64,000 bases of DNA from contig OY729426.1 of assembly GCA_963422365.1 (NCBI GenBank), forward strand, positions 2,048,001 through 2,112,000. Direction: 5' to 3'. Numbering within the stretch: the stretch's first letter is position 1; each line of letters opens with the position of its first letter. The notes under the pieces were generated by a model. That model was not told the DNA's origin and did no database searches. It saw only the letters and a list, made by a program, of their open reading frames with translations. Shown here piece after piece: positions 1 to 10,189 of this stretch. Position numbers and translations under genes: made by a program. Source of the stretch: Nitrospirales bacterium (GTDB lineage: Bacteria > Nitrospirota > Nitrospiria > Nitrospirales > UBA8639).

Positions 1-180
1 TGGCACGCCACGCAGGTGACGTCTCTATGGGACGACATTTTCCAACTTTCGACTGCAGGACGAATGGTATGGCAAGAAGCGCAAAACTCGGGATGATTGG
101 TAAGTGGAATAGCTGCCGTCCCTGCTACAAAAAGAACCCCGACAGCCACCAAGAGGACGGTTACGGTCCTTCGGTTCATG

Positions 181-681
181 TTAGGTGGAAGGGGCTGGGT
201 AATGCTGCATAATCAACTTGGCAAGCGCCGAGATATCATCACGATCAAAGCACGGCACAGACGCTTCTATGGGTTTCATCGAGACAATGGCTAATAACCC
301 GTCAATGGAGACATCCACTTCTTCAAGTTGTTCACGAACGACGGCAATTTTCGGAGAACCTTCGCTTTTCCACCCTTCCGCAAGAATTAAATCCGTGCGG
401 CTATAGAGAAACCGATCTCGCACTTCTTCAACCTTCATTTCTTCTGAGACATCGGCAAACATGGCAAGGCTTCCCTTGGAAATCACAATGACGGTATTCG
501 CACCAGCTTGTTTATGTCGCCAACTATCCTTTCCCTCCGTGTCCAACTCAAACCCATGTCCTGCATGCTTCACGGTTGCCACACGATACCCCGCACGGGT
601 GAGTTCGGGAATGACCCGTTCAATCAACGTGGTTTTCCCGCTATTCGAACGCCCGACAAAGGAGAGGATCGGTGGTGCCAT
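181..681 (-). CDS. mobB: Molybdopterin-guanine dinucleotide biosynthesis protein B
   Basis: GRSNSGKTTL P-loop, VATVKH, DTEGKDSWRHKQAGA and EGWK motifs; directly downstream of moeA. Confidence 0.93.
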   Translation of the reverse strand: MAPPILSFVGRSNSGKTTLIERVIPELTRAGYRVATVKHAGHGFELDTEGKDSWRHKQAGANTVIVISKGSLAMFADVSEEMKVEEVRDRFLYSRTDLILAEGWKSEGSPKIAVVREQLEEVDVSIDGLLAIVSMKPIEASVPCFDRDDISALAKLIMQHYPAPST

Positions 682-684
682 GGA

Positions 685-1911
685 TTAAACATTCTCACTG
701 AGCACTTGAACGTGAACGGTATCGCCTGGATGAATTTTTTCCACCTCCTCCGGAATATCGATTAACCCGTTGGCCTTGACCATGGACGTCAAAATCCCGG
801 AACCTTGCGGCCCGGTGGTCCGAACGGTGAGTTTTCCGTTTTTTTGTTCCAGGATTCCTCGAAGGAAATGCCGGCGATCAGGATGCTTGGAAAATTTTTC
901 TTGGAACTCGGCCTGAACCACTCGACGTACCAAGCGCCGATGGCCTCCCATTTTCATGACCGCCAATCGAACCAACTGTTCAAACGTGACCATGGACGAC
1001 ACAGGATTCCCCGGCAACCCAAAAGCCAATTTGCCTTGGATTATTCCAAAGGCCAACGGTTGTCCAGGGCGAATGGCCAGTTTCCAAAAATGCATGTCGG
1101 CTCCAAGTTCCGCAAAGACGACTTTGGTAAAGTCATAGTCACCCATGGACACACCACCAGAGAGAACCACGATGTCACAGCCTAATCCCTGTGAGATCTT
1201 CGCTTTGAGGGATTGAGGCGTATCCTTGGCAATTCCTAGCAAGAGCGGGATCCCGCCCGCCTCTTGAACTGCCGCCGCGATACCATAGCTATTCGAGTTG
1301 ACGATTTTATTCTCATCGAATCTCTCATCGAGATCAGCGAGTTCATCACCGGTTGAGAGGATAGCCACTCGAGGACGTTGCTGCACCAGCACAAACGATT
1401 TAGCCAAAATCGCGAGCATGCCAATTTCCGCTGGACGCAGGTGTGTACCTTGGGGAATAATGCATTCCCCTTCTTTGACGTCCTCGCCCTTTGGACGAAT
1501 ATTGGCCCCCTGGGGCTCGGGTTGGAAAATCCGAACGCTGGTTTCAGACGGTTCCGTGAATTCGACCCGAACCACGGTATCGGCTCCATTCGGAATCGGG
1601 GCGCCGGTCATGATGCGAATAGCTTCACCGGACCTCACCGATTTTGTAGCAACTTGTCCGGCCTGAACATCTTCCACGATTGTCAATTCCGCCGGCTTGG
1701 TGATTTCATGCTCTTTCTTGATATCTTCCCACCGAACAGCAAACCCATCCATGGCTGAATTGTTCCACGGGGGATTATCTCTTGGTGCCACAATATCCTC
1801 ACCCAAGACCCGTCCTAAGGCATCCAGCAATCCGACTTTCTCGCACCCCAACGAGGTGGCAGCGTCCAGGACAATCTGTTGAGCTTGTGTGAGAGAGGTT
1901 AACCCGTCCAT
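685..1911 (-). CDS. moeA: Molybdopterin molybdotransferase MoeA
   Basis: NSAMDGFAVR, IMTGAPIP, STGDEL, SGGVSMGDYD and GLPGNPVS motifs; start moved to ATG 1911 (MDGLTS) to avoid overlap with mrp. Confidence 0.95.
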   Translation of the reverse strand: MDGLTSLTQAQQIVLDAATSLGCEKVGLLDALGRVLGEDIVAPRDNPPWNNSAMDGFAVRWEDIKKEHEITKPAELTIVEDVQAGQVATKSVRSGEAIRIMTGAPIPNGADTVVRVEFTEPSETSVRIFQPEPQGANIRPKGEDVKEGECIIPQGTHLRPAEIGMLAILAKSFVLVQQRPRVAILSTGDELADLDERFDENKIVNSNSYGIAAAVQEAGGIPLLLGIAKDTPQSLKAKISQGLGCDIVVLSGGVSMGDYDFTKVVFAELGADMHFWKLAIRPGQPLAFGIIQGKLAFGLPGNPVSSMVTFEQLVRLAVMKMGGHRRLVRRVVQAEFQEKFSKHPDRRHFLRGILEQKNGKLTVRTTGPQGSGILTSMVKANGLIDIPEEVEKIHPGDTVHVQVLSENV

Positions 1912-1924
1912 GATTGTTGCGACT

Positions 1925-2884
1925 CTATTTTTTCTTAAACGGGCTCTTGGTCGCGATTTGCACAAACGACCCTTTTTTCTTGCAAAACTCATCGACTTTA
2001 TTGGCAATCCCGTGATACGCATCAGCTGTCGGCAAATCGGAATGGAACAAAGCATAGGGTTCACCGTAATCGCTTTGCCGCACCACTTCGGGATCGAGTG
2101 GAATTCTTCCTAAAAAAGGCACTCCCATCCCGTGGGCAGACGCTTCTCCTCCACCCATGCGAAAGACTTCGATCCGCTCGTGGCAATGCGGGCAATCGAG
2201 GCCGCTCATATTCTCCACAATGCCGATAATCGGCAATTCACTATCCTTTGCGAAAGTGACGGACTTTCGGGCATCAAGCAAGGCCACCTCTTGTGGGGTC
2301 GAAACGATCACGCACCCGGTCACCTCCCCAATGAGGTCAATCGTTGTGACCGACTCATTCCCCGTTCCAGGTGGAAGATCCACAATGAGAAAATTTAAAT
2401 CCTGCCATTCGACACCGCCTAGCAACTGATTAATGAACTCGAACTTATACGCATCACGCCAAATAATGGGATCATCGGAGTTTTGGAGCAGGAAGGACAT
2501 TGAGGCAATTTTCATATTGTAGGCTTGATGGGGAATAATCCCGCCGCCCGTGCTGATCTTGAGGCGTTGGCCTTCGGCTCCGACCATTTTCGGGATATTG
2601 GGGCCGTGAATGTCCATGTCACAGATGCCCACCTCATAGCCCTTCAACGCCAAGCTCACGGCCAAGTTCGTGGAGACGGTGCTTTTGCCTACCCCGCCTT
2701 TATTACTCATGACAAGGATCTTATAGTCAATTCGCTCCATGCGTTTGGCCACCAACCATCGGCTATGCCCTTCCTTATCCTTTTGGCATGTTTCATTCTC
2801 GTCACAAATCGCGCATGCCCACATATACGTACAGGAATCGCCTTGTGTCGTTGAGGGTTCAAACATTTTCAATTCAGCACTCAT
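1925..2884 (-). CDS. mrp: Mrp/ApbC/NBP35 family Fe-S cluster carrier ATPase
   Basis: KGGVGKST, DMDIHGP, VDLPPGTG and ENMSGLDCPHC motifs; GGAGG 5 nt before ATG 2884. Confidence 0.92.
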   Translation of the reverse strand: MSAELKMFEPSTTQGDSCTYMWACAICDENETCQKDKEGHSRWLVAKRMERIDYKILVMSNKGGVGKSTVSTNLAVSLALKGYEVGICDMDIHGPNIPKMVGAEGQRLKISTGGGIIPHQAYNMKIASMSFLLQNSDDPIIWRDAYKFEFINQLLGGVEWQDLNFLIVDLPPGTGNESVTTIDLIGEVTGCVIVSTPQEVALLDARKSVTFAKDSELPIIGIVENMSGLDCPHCHERIEVFRMGGGEASAHGMGVPFLGRIPLDPEVVRQSDYGEPYALFHSDLPTADAYHGIANKVDEFCKKKGSFVQIATKSPFKKK

Positions 2885-2959
2885 GAAGACCTCCATGTCT
2901 GCTGTCGCGACTAATGAGAACCATGGGTTACTCCTAACTTTCCTGCCTCTCCAGGATGA

Positions 2960-3439
2960 TCAACGCGGAGAGACGCTCGATATTTTTTGAACCGTATGAT
3001 CAAGAATCGGAAGAAACGTCGATAAATTTTCTATCGCCCCTTGGGGATTACCCGGAAGATTGATCACCATGGTCGTGCCGCGAATCCCGGCTGTTCCTCG
3101 AGACAGCATAGCCGTCTTCATTTTTTTAAGACTTTCCGCCCTCATGGCTTCCCCAATGCCGGGTATTTCTTTCTCGATGATATCCCGCGTCGCTTCCGGA
3201 GCCCAATCCGTCGGCCGAACTCCTGTTCCTCCTATGGTGAAAATCACCTGAAGATCTTGTTTGTCACAAAGGCTCACCAAATGCTTGCGAATCGTCTCGC
3301 GATCGTCCGGCACGACTTCATACCCGACAAGATGAACAGCATGGTCTTGTAGATACTGACTAAGGCGTTCTTCTCCACTATCTTCTACTTCTCCAGAACA
3401 GACTTGACTATTGATTACCAATACCGCGACATCAATCAT
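2960..3439 (-). CDS. mog: MogA/MoaB family molybdopterin adenylyltransferase
   Basis: TIGGTGVRPTDWAPEAT, AMLSRGTAGIRG and INLPGNP motifs. Confidence 0.88.
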   Translation of the reverse strand: MIDVAVLVINSQVCSGEVEDSGEERLSQYLQDHAVHLVGYEVVPDDRETIRKHLVSLCDKQDLQVIFTIGGTGVRPTDWAPEATRDIIEKEIPGIGEAMRAESLKKMKTAMLSRGTAGIRGTTMVINLPGNPQGAIENLSTFLPILDHTVQKISSVSPR

Positions 3440-3461
3440 ATGGCCACGTCAAGGTAAACGA

Positions 3462-4400
3462 CTAGGGTACACCCACGTACTCATCATCAGGGCCATGTGA
3501 CCCCGTTGCCGTTTTGGGTTGCAGGACACCAGCGCCTTTTGACGAAGGACTTGCGCCAAGATCCTCTTCCGCTTCACCTGCCTCGTCCGTTGGTTTTTTC
3601 TTAAAAAATCCGGCGCTGATAATTCCGACTTCATAGAAAAAGTACATCGGCAGAGCCATTAAACATTGATTGAAGGGATCAGGAGTCGGCGTTAAGAGTG
3701 CCGCAAAAAGAAACGACCCCAAAAATGCCCATTTTCGGTATTTTTTCAAAAATGGCGCATCGATCCATCCCAATTTGGCCATGAGCGTGAGTGCCAGTGG
3801 CACTTCAAAAGTCAAACCGAAGACCACCAAGAACCATAGAGCAAATCCCACATAATTGGCAATCGACAATTGCGGAATGAACCCTGCCTGTACGCCGTAG
3901 GAAATCAAAAAATTCAGGGCGAACGGCAAAACAAAAAAGAAACAAAATCCTAATCCTAAATAAAAAGCGAGGGCGCTCGTCATGACAAACGGCGCCACAA
4001 ACCGGCGCTCCTGCACATGCAAGCCTGGAACCACAAACGCCCATATTTCCCACAGGAGATAGGGCGTTGCAAGCGCCACGGCAAACAGGGCCGCCACTTT
4101 GAGGTTCTGCCATAAGGCTTCAGCCGGAGACAAAAAGATAAATGGAATTTTCGGCAGGTCAGTCGAAACCCATTCCAGGGATCCGGGAACGAACATATTC
4201 TGCAATGGAATACGCAACCACTGCACTAACGTATCGGCGTAGAAAAACGTCCCGACGAACAACAAGGCGACAACCACAACCGCTTTCGTCAACCTTGCTT
4301 GAAATTCAAACAAGTGCTGCATGACCGGCATCTTTTTATCCTCGAGAGGATTAAAGACCTTGTCCTGCATCCACTTTGTAAATTTTGATTGTTCTGCCAT
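3462..4400 (-). CDS. tatC: Twin-arginine translocase subunit TatC (copy 1)
   Basis: MPVMQHLFEF, WAFVVPGL, FEVP and LTPTPDPF motifs; about six hydrophobic segments. Confidence 0.92.
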   Translation of the reverse strand: MAEQSKFTKWMQDKVFNPLEDKKMPVMQHLFEFQARLTKAVVVVALLFVGTFFYADTLVQWLRIPLQNMFVPGSLEWVSTDLPKIPFIFLSPAEALWQNLKVAALFAVALATPYLLWEIWAFVVPGLHVQERRFVAPFVMTSALAFYLGLGFCFFFVLPFALNFLISYGVQAGFIPQLSIANYVGFALWFLVVFGLTFEVPLALTLMAKLGWIDAPFLKKYRKWAFLGSFLFAALLTPTPDPFNQCLMALPMYFFYEVGIISAGFFKKKPTDEAGEAEEDLGASPSSKGAGVLQPKTATGSHGPDDEYVGVP

Positions 4401-4479
4401 GTCTTAGTACAACTATTCGCGTCGGCTCCGAAGCCCCATCAACAATGGCCGTGGCTCAGCAGGAAACCACCTTGCAACC

Positions 4480-5958
4480 TTATTGGGGATTGACTGCCAC
4501 AAAGAGATTATTTCCTCTCCGGCTTAACAAGAGAACGACCAACTCCTTTTTTTCAATCATCGAGGCAACCTGTTGATAATCGGCCAGACTCTTCACAACT
4601 TCTCGATTGACTTCTTGAATAATGTCTCCTTGTTGTAACCCCGCTGCTTCTGCGGCACTGCCGGGTTTCACTTCATTCACGACGACGCCGGCAACCTCTT
4701 GAGGGAGATTCAGCTGCTGCCTTCGTTCATCCGTCAACTGTCCGACATCCAGACCGGCAAGAACATTGTCGAGTTTATCCAATGCCAGAGGCGGAGAGGG
4801 GCTTTTGCCACTGGCAAGCATCTCATCCATTGGCCGTTCTCCCACTTTGAGAGTCAGCGTCTTTTTTTCACCATTGCGTAAGATGGTGATTTCGACTTCA
4901 AAGCCGACTGGAGTCCGGGCGACGATGTTTCGGAGGTGATTGACATCCCGAATGTTTTCACCACGGTATTCGAGCAAAACATCTCCTCGTTGCAAGACTC
5001 CTCCCGCAGATGGGCCCTTTTCATTCACTTCACTGATCAGCACCCCACCCTGATGGGATTCCGGCAACTGAAAAGACTGCGCCAGGGCCGGTGTCAACTC
5101 TTGAATCGCAATCCCCATCCAACCTCGTACAACTCGTCCGCTCTTGATCAGGCTACCCGTAATATCCTTCACAATATCAACGGGAATGGCAAACCCAATC
5201 CCTTCTGAGCCACCGGTACGAGAAAAAATGGCGGTATTGATGCCAACAATTTCACCCGCCATATTCACAAGAGGACCGCCGGAATTACCGGGATTAATCG
5301 GCGCATCGGTTTGGATGAAATTCTCGTATTCCGTGATTCCGACATTTCCACGGCCCAGAGCACTGATAATGCCCATCGTAACGGATGACTTCAACCCAAA
5401 AGGACTCCCTACGGCTAACACCAAATCACCCACTCTGATCGTCTCGTGCGCACTCCATGGAATGAACGGAAGATTGTCTCCGTCAATTTTGATCACAGCT
5501 AGGTCAGTTTTCGGATCAGTCCCAACGACTTTCGCCACGAATTCTTTCCCATCAAAAGCCGTTACTGTAATGTCCGTGGAATTTTCTACGACGTGGTTGT
5601 TGGTCACAATATACCCTTCTTGACTGATAATGACTCCGGACCCGGCACTCATGCCTGGGGGGCCAGGGGGTCTTCCTGGAGGGCCAGGGGGTGGCATAGG
5701 AGGACCGGGCGGGCCACCAAAAGGTCCCGGAGGTAACCGTCTGGGTCCTCTGGACTTGGCCGATTCTGAAACCGCGACATTCACCACGGCGGGTTGCACT
5801 TTCGCAACGATATCGGAGAATCCCCGGCTAAAGGCCTCGGGTACCGTTGCCGTCGCAGGCTGAGACGGAAAAACGGCAATGATCCCCACGAAGGCCAGTA
5901 GGGTGAGAACGAATGAACCTTTTCCCTTGCGACATCCCTGTAAAGTTTTCATAATCAT
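4480..5958 (-). CDS. degQ: DegQ/HtrA periplasmic serine protease with two PDZ domains
   Basis: Signal peptide, TNNHVV, DLAV, QTDAPINPGNSGGPL catalytic motifs; Pro/Gly-rich linker. Confidence 0.93.
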   Translation of the reverse strand: MIMKTLQGCRKGKGSFVLTLLAFVGIIAVFPSQPATATVPEAFSRGFSDIVAKVQPAVVNVAVSESAKSRGPRRLPPGPFGGPPGPPMPPPGPPGRPPGPPGMSAGSGVIISQEGYIVTNNHVVENSTDITVTAFDGKEFVAKVVGTDPKTDLAVIKIDGDNLPFIPWSAHETIRVGDLVLAVGSPFGLKSSVTMGIISALGRGNVGITEYENFIQTDAPINPGNSGGPLVNMAGEIVGINTAIFSRTGGSEGIGFAIPVDIVKDITGSLIKSGRVVRGWMGIAIQELTPALAQSFQLPESHQGGVLISEVNEKGPSAGGVLQRGDVLLEYRGENIRDVNHLRNIVARTPVGFEVEITILRNGEKKTLTLKVGERPMDEMLASGKSPSPPLALDKLDNVLAGLDVGQLTDERRQQLNLPQEVAGVVVNEVKPGSAAEAAGLQQGDIIQEVNREVVKSLADYQQVASMIEKKELVVLLLSRRGNNLFVAVNPQ

Positions 5959-6231
5959 AAAAAATTATCCTTTAAAGTTAATAGCTCAAGTCAGCACCAA
6001 CGCGTGAGGGAAAGTCCCCGCCCATGGAACCTCCTCGCCGTTTCCCCGAAAGACCATTACAATACTCATTTAAACGATTTTACACTAATCCCTTCCGGCT
6101 CTTCAAAGGCAAATAGAGAACGCCTTGAAAGGGAGCGGGAAAGCAAAATTACGCCTCTCGCCATGATCCATGTGTTGTTGGGTCCTTTACTGGGTCGGAG
6201 TGGCTTTCACGTCTTGAGGTCCTTTGAACAT

Positions 6232-7188
6232 ATGCGTGCGCTGACCTTACGTTCTGTCTTGGAATATTGCGATCAGTATCCCATGCCCGCGCCCACCAAC
6301 GGAGAAGCCGTCGTTCAAGTCCTCCAGGCAGGCATCTGCGCCACGGATTTGCAATTGGTGCAGGGCTATATGGGCTTCCAAGGAGTGCCGGGGCATGAAT
6401 TTGTCGGAATCGTCGAAGAGGCACCGCGCCATCTAGACCTCATCGGAAAGCGTGTCGTCGGTGCAATCAACGCGGCCTGTCGGGTCTGTCCGATCTGCCA
6501 AGCCGGAAGACCAACTCATTGTCCATATCGAACGACCTTGGGGATCGATCGCCGAGATGGAGCCTTTGCCGATTTTCTCTCCCTGCCGGCCGAAAATCTC
6601 TATCCCCTTCCTGATGAGATCACCAATGATCAAGCCGTCTTTACGGAACCCCTTGCCGCGGCTTGTCAAATTCTTGAACAGATTTCTATCAACGCGACGG
6701 ACCGAGTCCTGGTCATCGGTGATGGAAAACTGGGGTTGTTCTGTGCCCAAGTCTTGCATCGCACCCACTGCAGCTTAACGGTCTTGGGACGTCATCCGGA
6801 AAAACTGCTGATCCTTGCTTCTCGTGGCATTCAGACGAGTCACGATCCCCAATCGCTTTCTCCCGGATTCGATATCGTGGTAGAGGTAGCCGGTACGCCC
6901 GATGGATTCGCATTGGCTTGTGAATACATACGCCCCAGGGGAACCATTGTGCTCAAATCAACCTGCCATCAGCAAACCACCGTCGACATGACCTCACTCG
7001 TGATTCATGAAATCACCGTGGTGGGGTCGCGATGCGGTCCGTTCCAGCCAGCAATTGCGCTGCTTCGGGAAAACGCCATTGACGTGCAATCACTCATCCA
7101 CAAACGCTTTCCGATTGAACGAGGAACGGACGCCTTTGCCTACGCGGCAACCAAAGGTGTGTTGAAGGTGCTCTTGGAAATGTCGTAA
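6232..7188 (+). CDS. Zinc-dependent medium-chain alcohol dehydrogenase-like protein
   Basis: GICATD, GHEFVG, CxxCxxC...C structural Zn site, GDGKLG; start inferred at ATG 6232. Confidence 0.88.
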   Translation: MRALTLRSVLEYCDQYPMPAPTNGEAVVQVLQAGICATDLQLVQGYMGFQGVPGHEFVGIVEEAPRHLDLIGKRVVGAINAACRVCPICQAGRPTHCPYRTTLGIDRRDGAFADFLSLPAENLYPLPDEITNDQAVFTEPLAAACQILEQISINATDRVLVIGDGKLGLFCAQVLHRTHCSLTVLGRHPEKLLILASRGIQTSHDPQSLSPGFDIVVEVAGTPDGFALACEYIRPRGTIVLKSTCHQQTTVDMTSLVIHEITVVGSRCGPFQPAIALLRENAIDVQSLIHKRFPIERGTDAFAYAATKGVLKVLLEMS

Positions 7189-7281
7189 GAGAGCCGTCGC
7201 AGTCAGCGGCTTGCTCGACAAGGGGACAGGCAGCCTCTTTGCCAACCCGTGATCCTATGTTAGGATCCCATTGCGAGACGA

Positions 7282-7356
7282 GCTGGCGTAGCTCAATGGC
7301 AGAGCAGTGGTTTTGTAAACCACAGGTTGGAGGTTCGATTCCTCTCGCCAGCTCCA
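7282..7356 (+). tRNA. tRNA-Thr(UGU)
   Basis: Acceptor stem GCTGGCG/CGCCAGC, anticodon arm GTGGT-TT-TGT-AA-ACCAC, GGTTCGATTCC T-arm, encoded CCA. Confidence 0.97.
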
Positions 7357-7449
7357 TTTTTTCTTCCTTTGCTTTCCAGGCTTTTTTGCCCCATCAATTT
7401 TTTAAACATGATGCAGGCTGCTCATTCTTCTTTTCTTGTGATCCCCGCC

Positions 7450-7968
7450 TTATGACGCAAGCATCACGGTCATTTCAATGCGTTCGAGCGGATTGTCACG
7501 ACCATCGCGCTTGGCCCCGACGACGCGATCAACAATTTCCATCCCGCTGACCACTTCTCCAAATGCCGTATATTGGCCATCGAGAAACAGCGAGTCGGCA
7601 ACGCAAACAAAAAACTGTGATCCGGCACTATCCGGGTCTTGAGCCCGAGCCATCGAGAGCACACCTCGCTTGTGTTGTGTGTGGTTCAATTCCGCCTTAA
7701 TGTGATACCCGGGCCCGCCCATCCCATGATTCGAGCGATCGAGGCCTTTGCTGTTCGGGTCGCCACCTTGGATCATGAATCCAGGTATGACTCGATGAAA
7801 CGTGGTGCCATCGTAAAAGTTTTCCGACGCAAGTTTGCAAAAGTTCCTGGCATGATTCGGAGCCACATCCGTATAAAATTTCAAAACAATGTCTCCCCAC
7901 GCCTCTTCTTGAGAGGTCACAGCAAGAATGGCACGAGTGGTTGTGCTGACCTCGATCATCTCGGGCAT
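7450..7968 (-). CDS. Cyclophilin-type peptidyl-prolyl cis-trans isomerase
   Basis: FYDGTTFHRVIPGFMIQGGDP, LSMARAQDPDSAGSQFF motifs. Confidence 0.95.
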   Translation of the reverse strand: MPEMIEVSTTTRAILAVTSQEEAWGDIVLKFYTDVAPNHARNFCKLASENFYDGTTFHRVIPGFMIQGGDPNSKGLDRSNHGMGGPGYHIKAELNHTQHKRGVLSMARAQDPDSAGSQFFVCVADSLFLDGQYTAFGEVVSGMEIVDRVVGAKRDGRDNPLERIEMTVMLAS

Positions 7969-7980
7969 ATAGGTCTCCTT

Positions 7981-9036
7981 TCAAAAATAAGGCCGCGGCA
8001 CAGCATGGTAAATGCCAAGTTTTTCGCTGATGTTGACCCAATGGTTACCGGCGTCTTGACTGCGAAAAGCGCCTGCGTTGGTCCCGACGTACAATTCACC
8101 CTCCGAAGAGGCCATCAGGACCTGGATCGATAATTCGGTTAACCCATTATTCACCGACACCCATTCGGAATTTTGAAAATTATTCTTAAAGATTCCTCGA
8201 CCGGTGGCGACATAGAGTGCCGCCCCCGTGGCAACGATGCCACGAATCGAATCATTTGGCAGCGAACGGCCGATCGGTTGCCACGTCTTCCCTAGATCCT
8301 TGCTTCGATAAATACCCCCATCTTGGGTACCCACGTACAAATGTTGTTGAGGGCTCACCGTCGTCACGCGAATAAACGTATGGGTCAGACGTTCCTTGGG
8401 ATCCACCAGCGGATCACCCACCTTTTCCCATCGGACCGTGCCGTGTTTGGTGGCATCGACCTGATACAGCCCCTTGCCGGCGGTTCCAGCGAATAATTGA
8501 AACGTATGCGTCATCGCCAGGCTTGCAATGAGTGTCTGATCGAGACCAAGTGCCACGGCAGACCATTTTTGAGCGGCTTCGTCCCATTGGTAGACGCCTT
8601 TCCCCGTGCCTGCATAAATGGTCCCGTGATGAGTCAAGAGGGATTTGACCTCTACATGTTTTAACCCGGCCTTAATCGATTCCCACGTTTTTCCATCTTC
8701 TTTTGTTCGAAAGACCCCACCCCGTACCGTTCCAGCGTACACCGTCCCGTTCTCATCCGCACTCAAACATAAAATAAAGCGATTGCCTAACCCGGCCTTA
8801 ATCGATTCCCACGTCTCGCCGTCATCATCACTAAAAAACACTCCGAAGCCAAACGAACCGGCATAGAGCATCCCCCCACCCGTCGTCGCCAAAGCTTGGA
8901 TACTCGGCGGCACACCACCGTCGCGTTCAAACGGATTGGGATGCCCCTGTTCTTCACCGAAACAGGGAGCTCCTCCCCACAAAATGAAGAACGCGAACAG
9001 GGAGAACACTACACGGAACGAAACGTGCGACCTCAC
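7981..9036 (-). CDS. Secreted BNR/Asp-box beta-propeller protein
   Basis: Signal peptide; repeated YAGT..GG(V/I)FRSxDxGxTW blades. Confidence 0.8.
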   Translation of the reverse strand: MRSHVSFRVVFSLFAFFILWGGAPCFGEEQGHPNPFERDGGVPPSIQALATTGGGMLYAGSFGFGVFFSDDDGETWESIKAGLGNRFILCLSADENGTVYAGTVRGGVFRTKEDGKTWESIKAGLKHVEVKSLLTHHGTIYAGTGKGVYQWDEAAQKWSAVALGLDQTLIASLAMTHTFQLFAGTAGKGLYQVDATKHGTVRWEKVGDPLVDPKERLTHTFIRVTTVSPQQHLYVGTQDGGIYRSKDLGKTWQPIGRSLPNDSIRGIVATGAALYVATGRGIFKNNFQNSEWVSVNNGLTELSIQVLMASSEGELYVGTNAGAFRSQDAGNHWVNISEKLGIYHAVPRPYF

Positions 9037-9072
9037 AGGGCGACCTGCAGGGCAAGAAACCGGTAGGTTTGC

Positions 9073-9867
9073 TTATGATACACGATGACCCGCTGTTCCG
9101 GTTGGCACGGGCGTCTCCTCTTCAGGGTCATCCTTGTCTTCTTTTTCTTCAGAAGGTTTCGGAGTCATCCGCCCAAAAATTTTGGCGCCTAGAATGCCGA
9201 TTTCATACAAGACAATAAGTGGAATGGCCATTAAGAGCATCGTAAAAAGGGTGGCATCAGGCGTAATGAGCGCCGACACGATAAGCGCCAACAGGGCTGC
9301 GTGCCGACGATATCGCACTAAGTGCGTGAAAGACACCAAACCCGCCCGTGCCAAAAGAGACAGCGTTAACGGAACTTCAAACGCAAACCCAAAAGCCAAC
9401 AAAAACTTCACGTTGAAGTCGACATAGGTGCCAACGGCTAATTCGGGTTTGAGTTCACGCTCTAGCCCAAACGAAACGAAAAAGTCAATCACAAGCGGGA
9501 GGATCACGAGATTGCAAAAGACCAATCCCAGCACAAAAAATCCAGTTGCGAGTAAAAATAAAGGAATGCCCCAACCTTGCTCTCCTGGCAACAAGGCTGG
9601 TTGAACGAACCTCCAAAATTGATAAAGAATGACCGGCAGACTGGCCACAATCGCGGCAAGAAAAGAGATCTTGATCGACGCAAACAAGGCCTCAGCCGGT
9701 CCATAAAACAACAGATCATCCGCAAAGGGCCGCTTGAACCATTCAATCAAATCTGCAGAAACCGAAAACATCACGACAAACGCCACCATAATCGTCGCGC
9801 CAACAATAAGCAGCCGACGTTTAATGTCACTGATATGGCGAGTCAAAGGATGTGCGAGTGTGGCCAT
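9073..9867 (-). CDS. tatC: Twin-arginine translocase subunit TatC (copy 2)
   Basis: PLTRHISDIKRRL, YQFWRFVQPAL, FEVP, ITPDAT motifs. Confidence 0.9.
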   Translation of the reverse strand: MATLAHPLTRHISDIKRRLLIVGATIMVAFVVMFSVSADLIEWFKRPFADDLLFYGPAEALFASIKISFLAAIVASLPVILYQFWRFVQPALLPGEQGWGIPLFLLATGFFVLGLVFCNLVILPLVIDFFVSFGLERELKPELAVGTYVDFNVKFLLAFGFAFEVPLTLSLLARAGLVSFTHLVRYRRHAALLALIVSALITPDATLFTMLLMAIPLIVLYEIGILGAKIFGRMTPKPSEEKEDKDDPEEETPVPTGTAGHRVS

Positions 9868-9909
9868 TATTCGTCGCGGAACGTTGAACCTGAAGCTGTC
9901 GACTACGAG

Positions 9910-10152
9910 TTACGAGGCTACAATGTTTTCTTGCTCATTCCGGTATTCGCGAATAAGCAGTGCCATTCGGTCCTTCTTGTCTAATTTTTCTTTCTGAATT
10001 TGTTTTTTGAGCAATTCTTCTTGAGGAGTTAACAGATGATTTTTCAGCAATGCTTGAAGTTGAACATCCAACTGATGATGCGTCTCTTGAAGTTCGCGAA
10101 AATCGGCACTGGTATGATGGAGGTGTTCGGCGATTTGGTCATCAGTGAGCAT
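9910..10152 (-). CDS. DUF465/YdcH family small coiled-coil protein
   Basis: FRELQETHHQLD...LKKQIQKEKLDKKD pattern; AGGAGG upstream. Confidence 0.75.
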   Translation of the reverse strand: MLTDDQIAEHLHHTSADFRELQETHHQLDVQLQALLKNHLLTPQEELLKKQIQKEKLDKKDRMALLIREYRNEQENIVAS

Positions 10153-10189
10153 GAAGCCCCTCCTTTGTCACAAAAGAAGACGGTGAATA

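Noticed and set aside
1..180. Start of a further minus-strand gene such as mobA
   Set aside because: Too little sequence at the window edge and no diagnostic motif
7282..7450. tRNA-Thr as an island integration site
   Set aside because: Flanked by housekeeping genes; no integrase or duplicated tRNA 3' end seen
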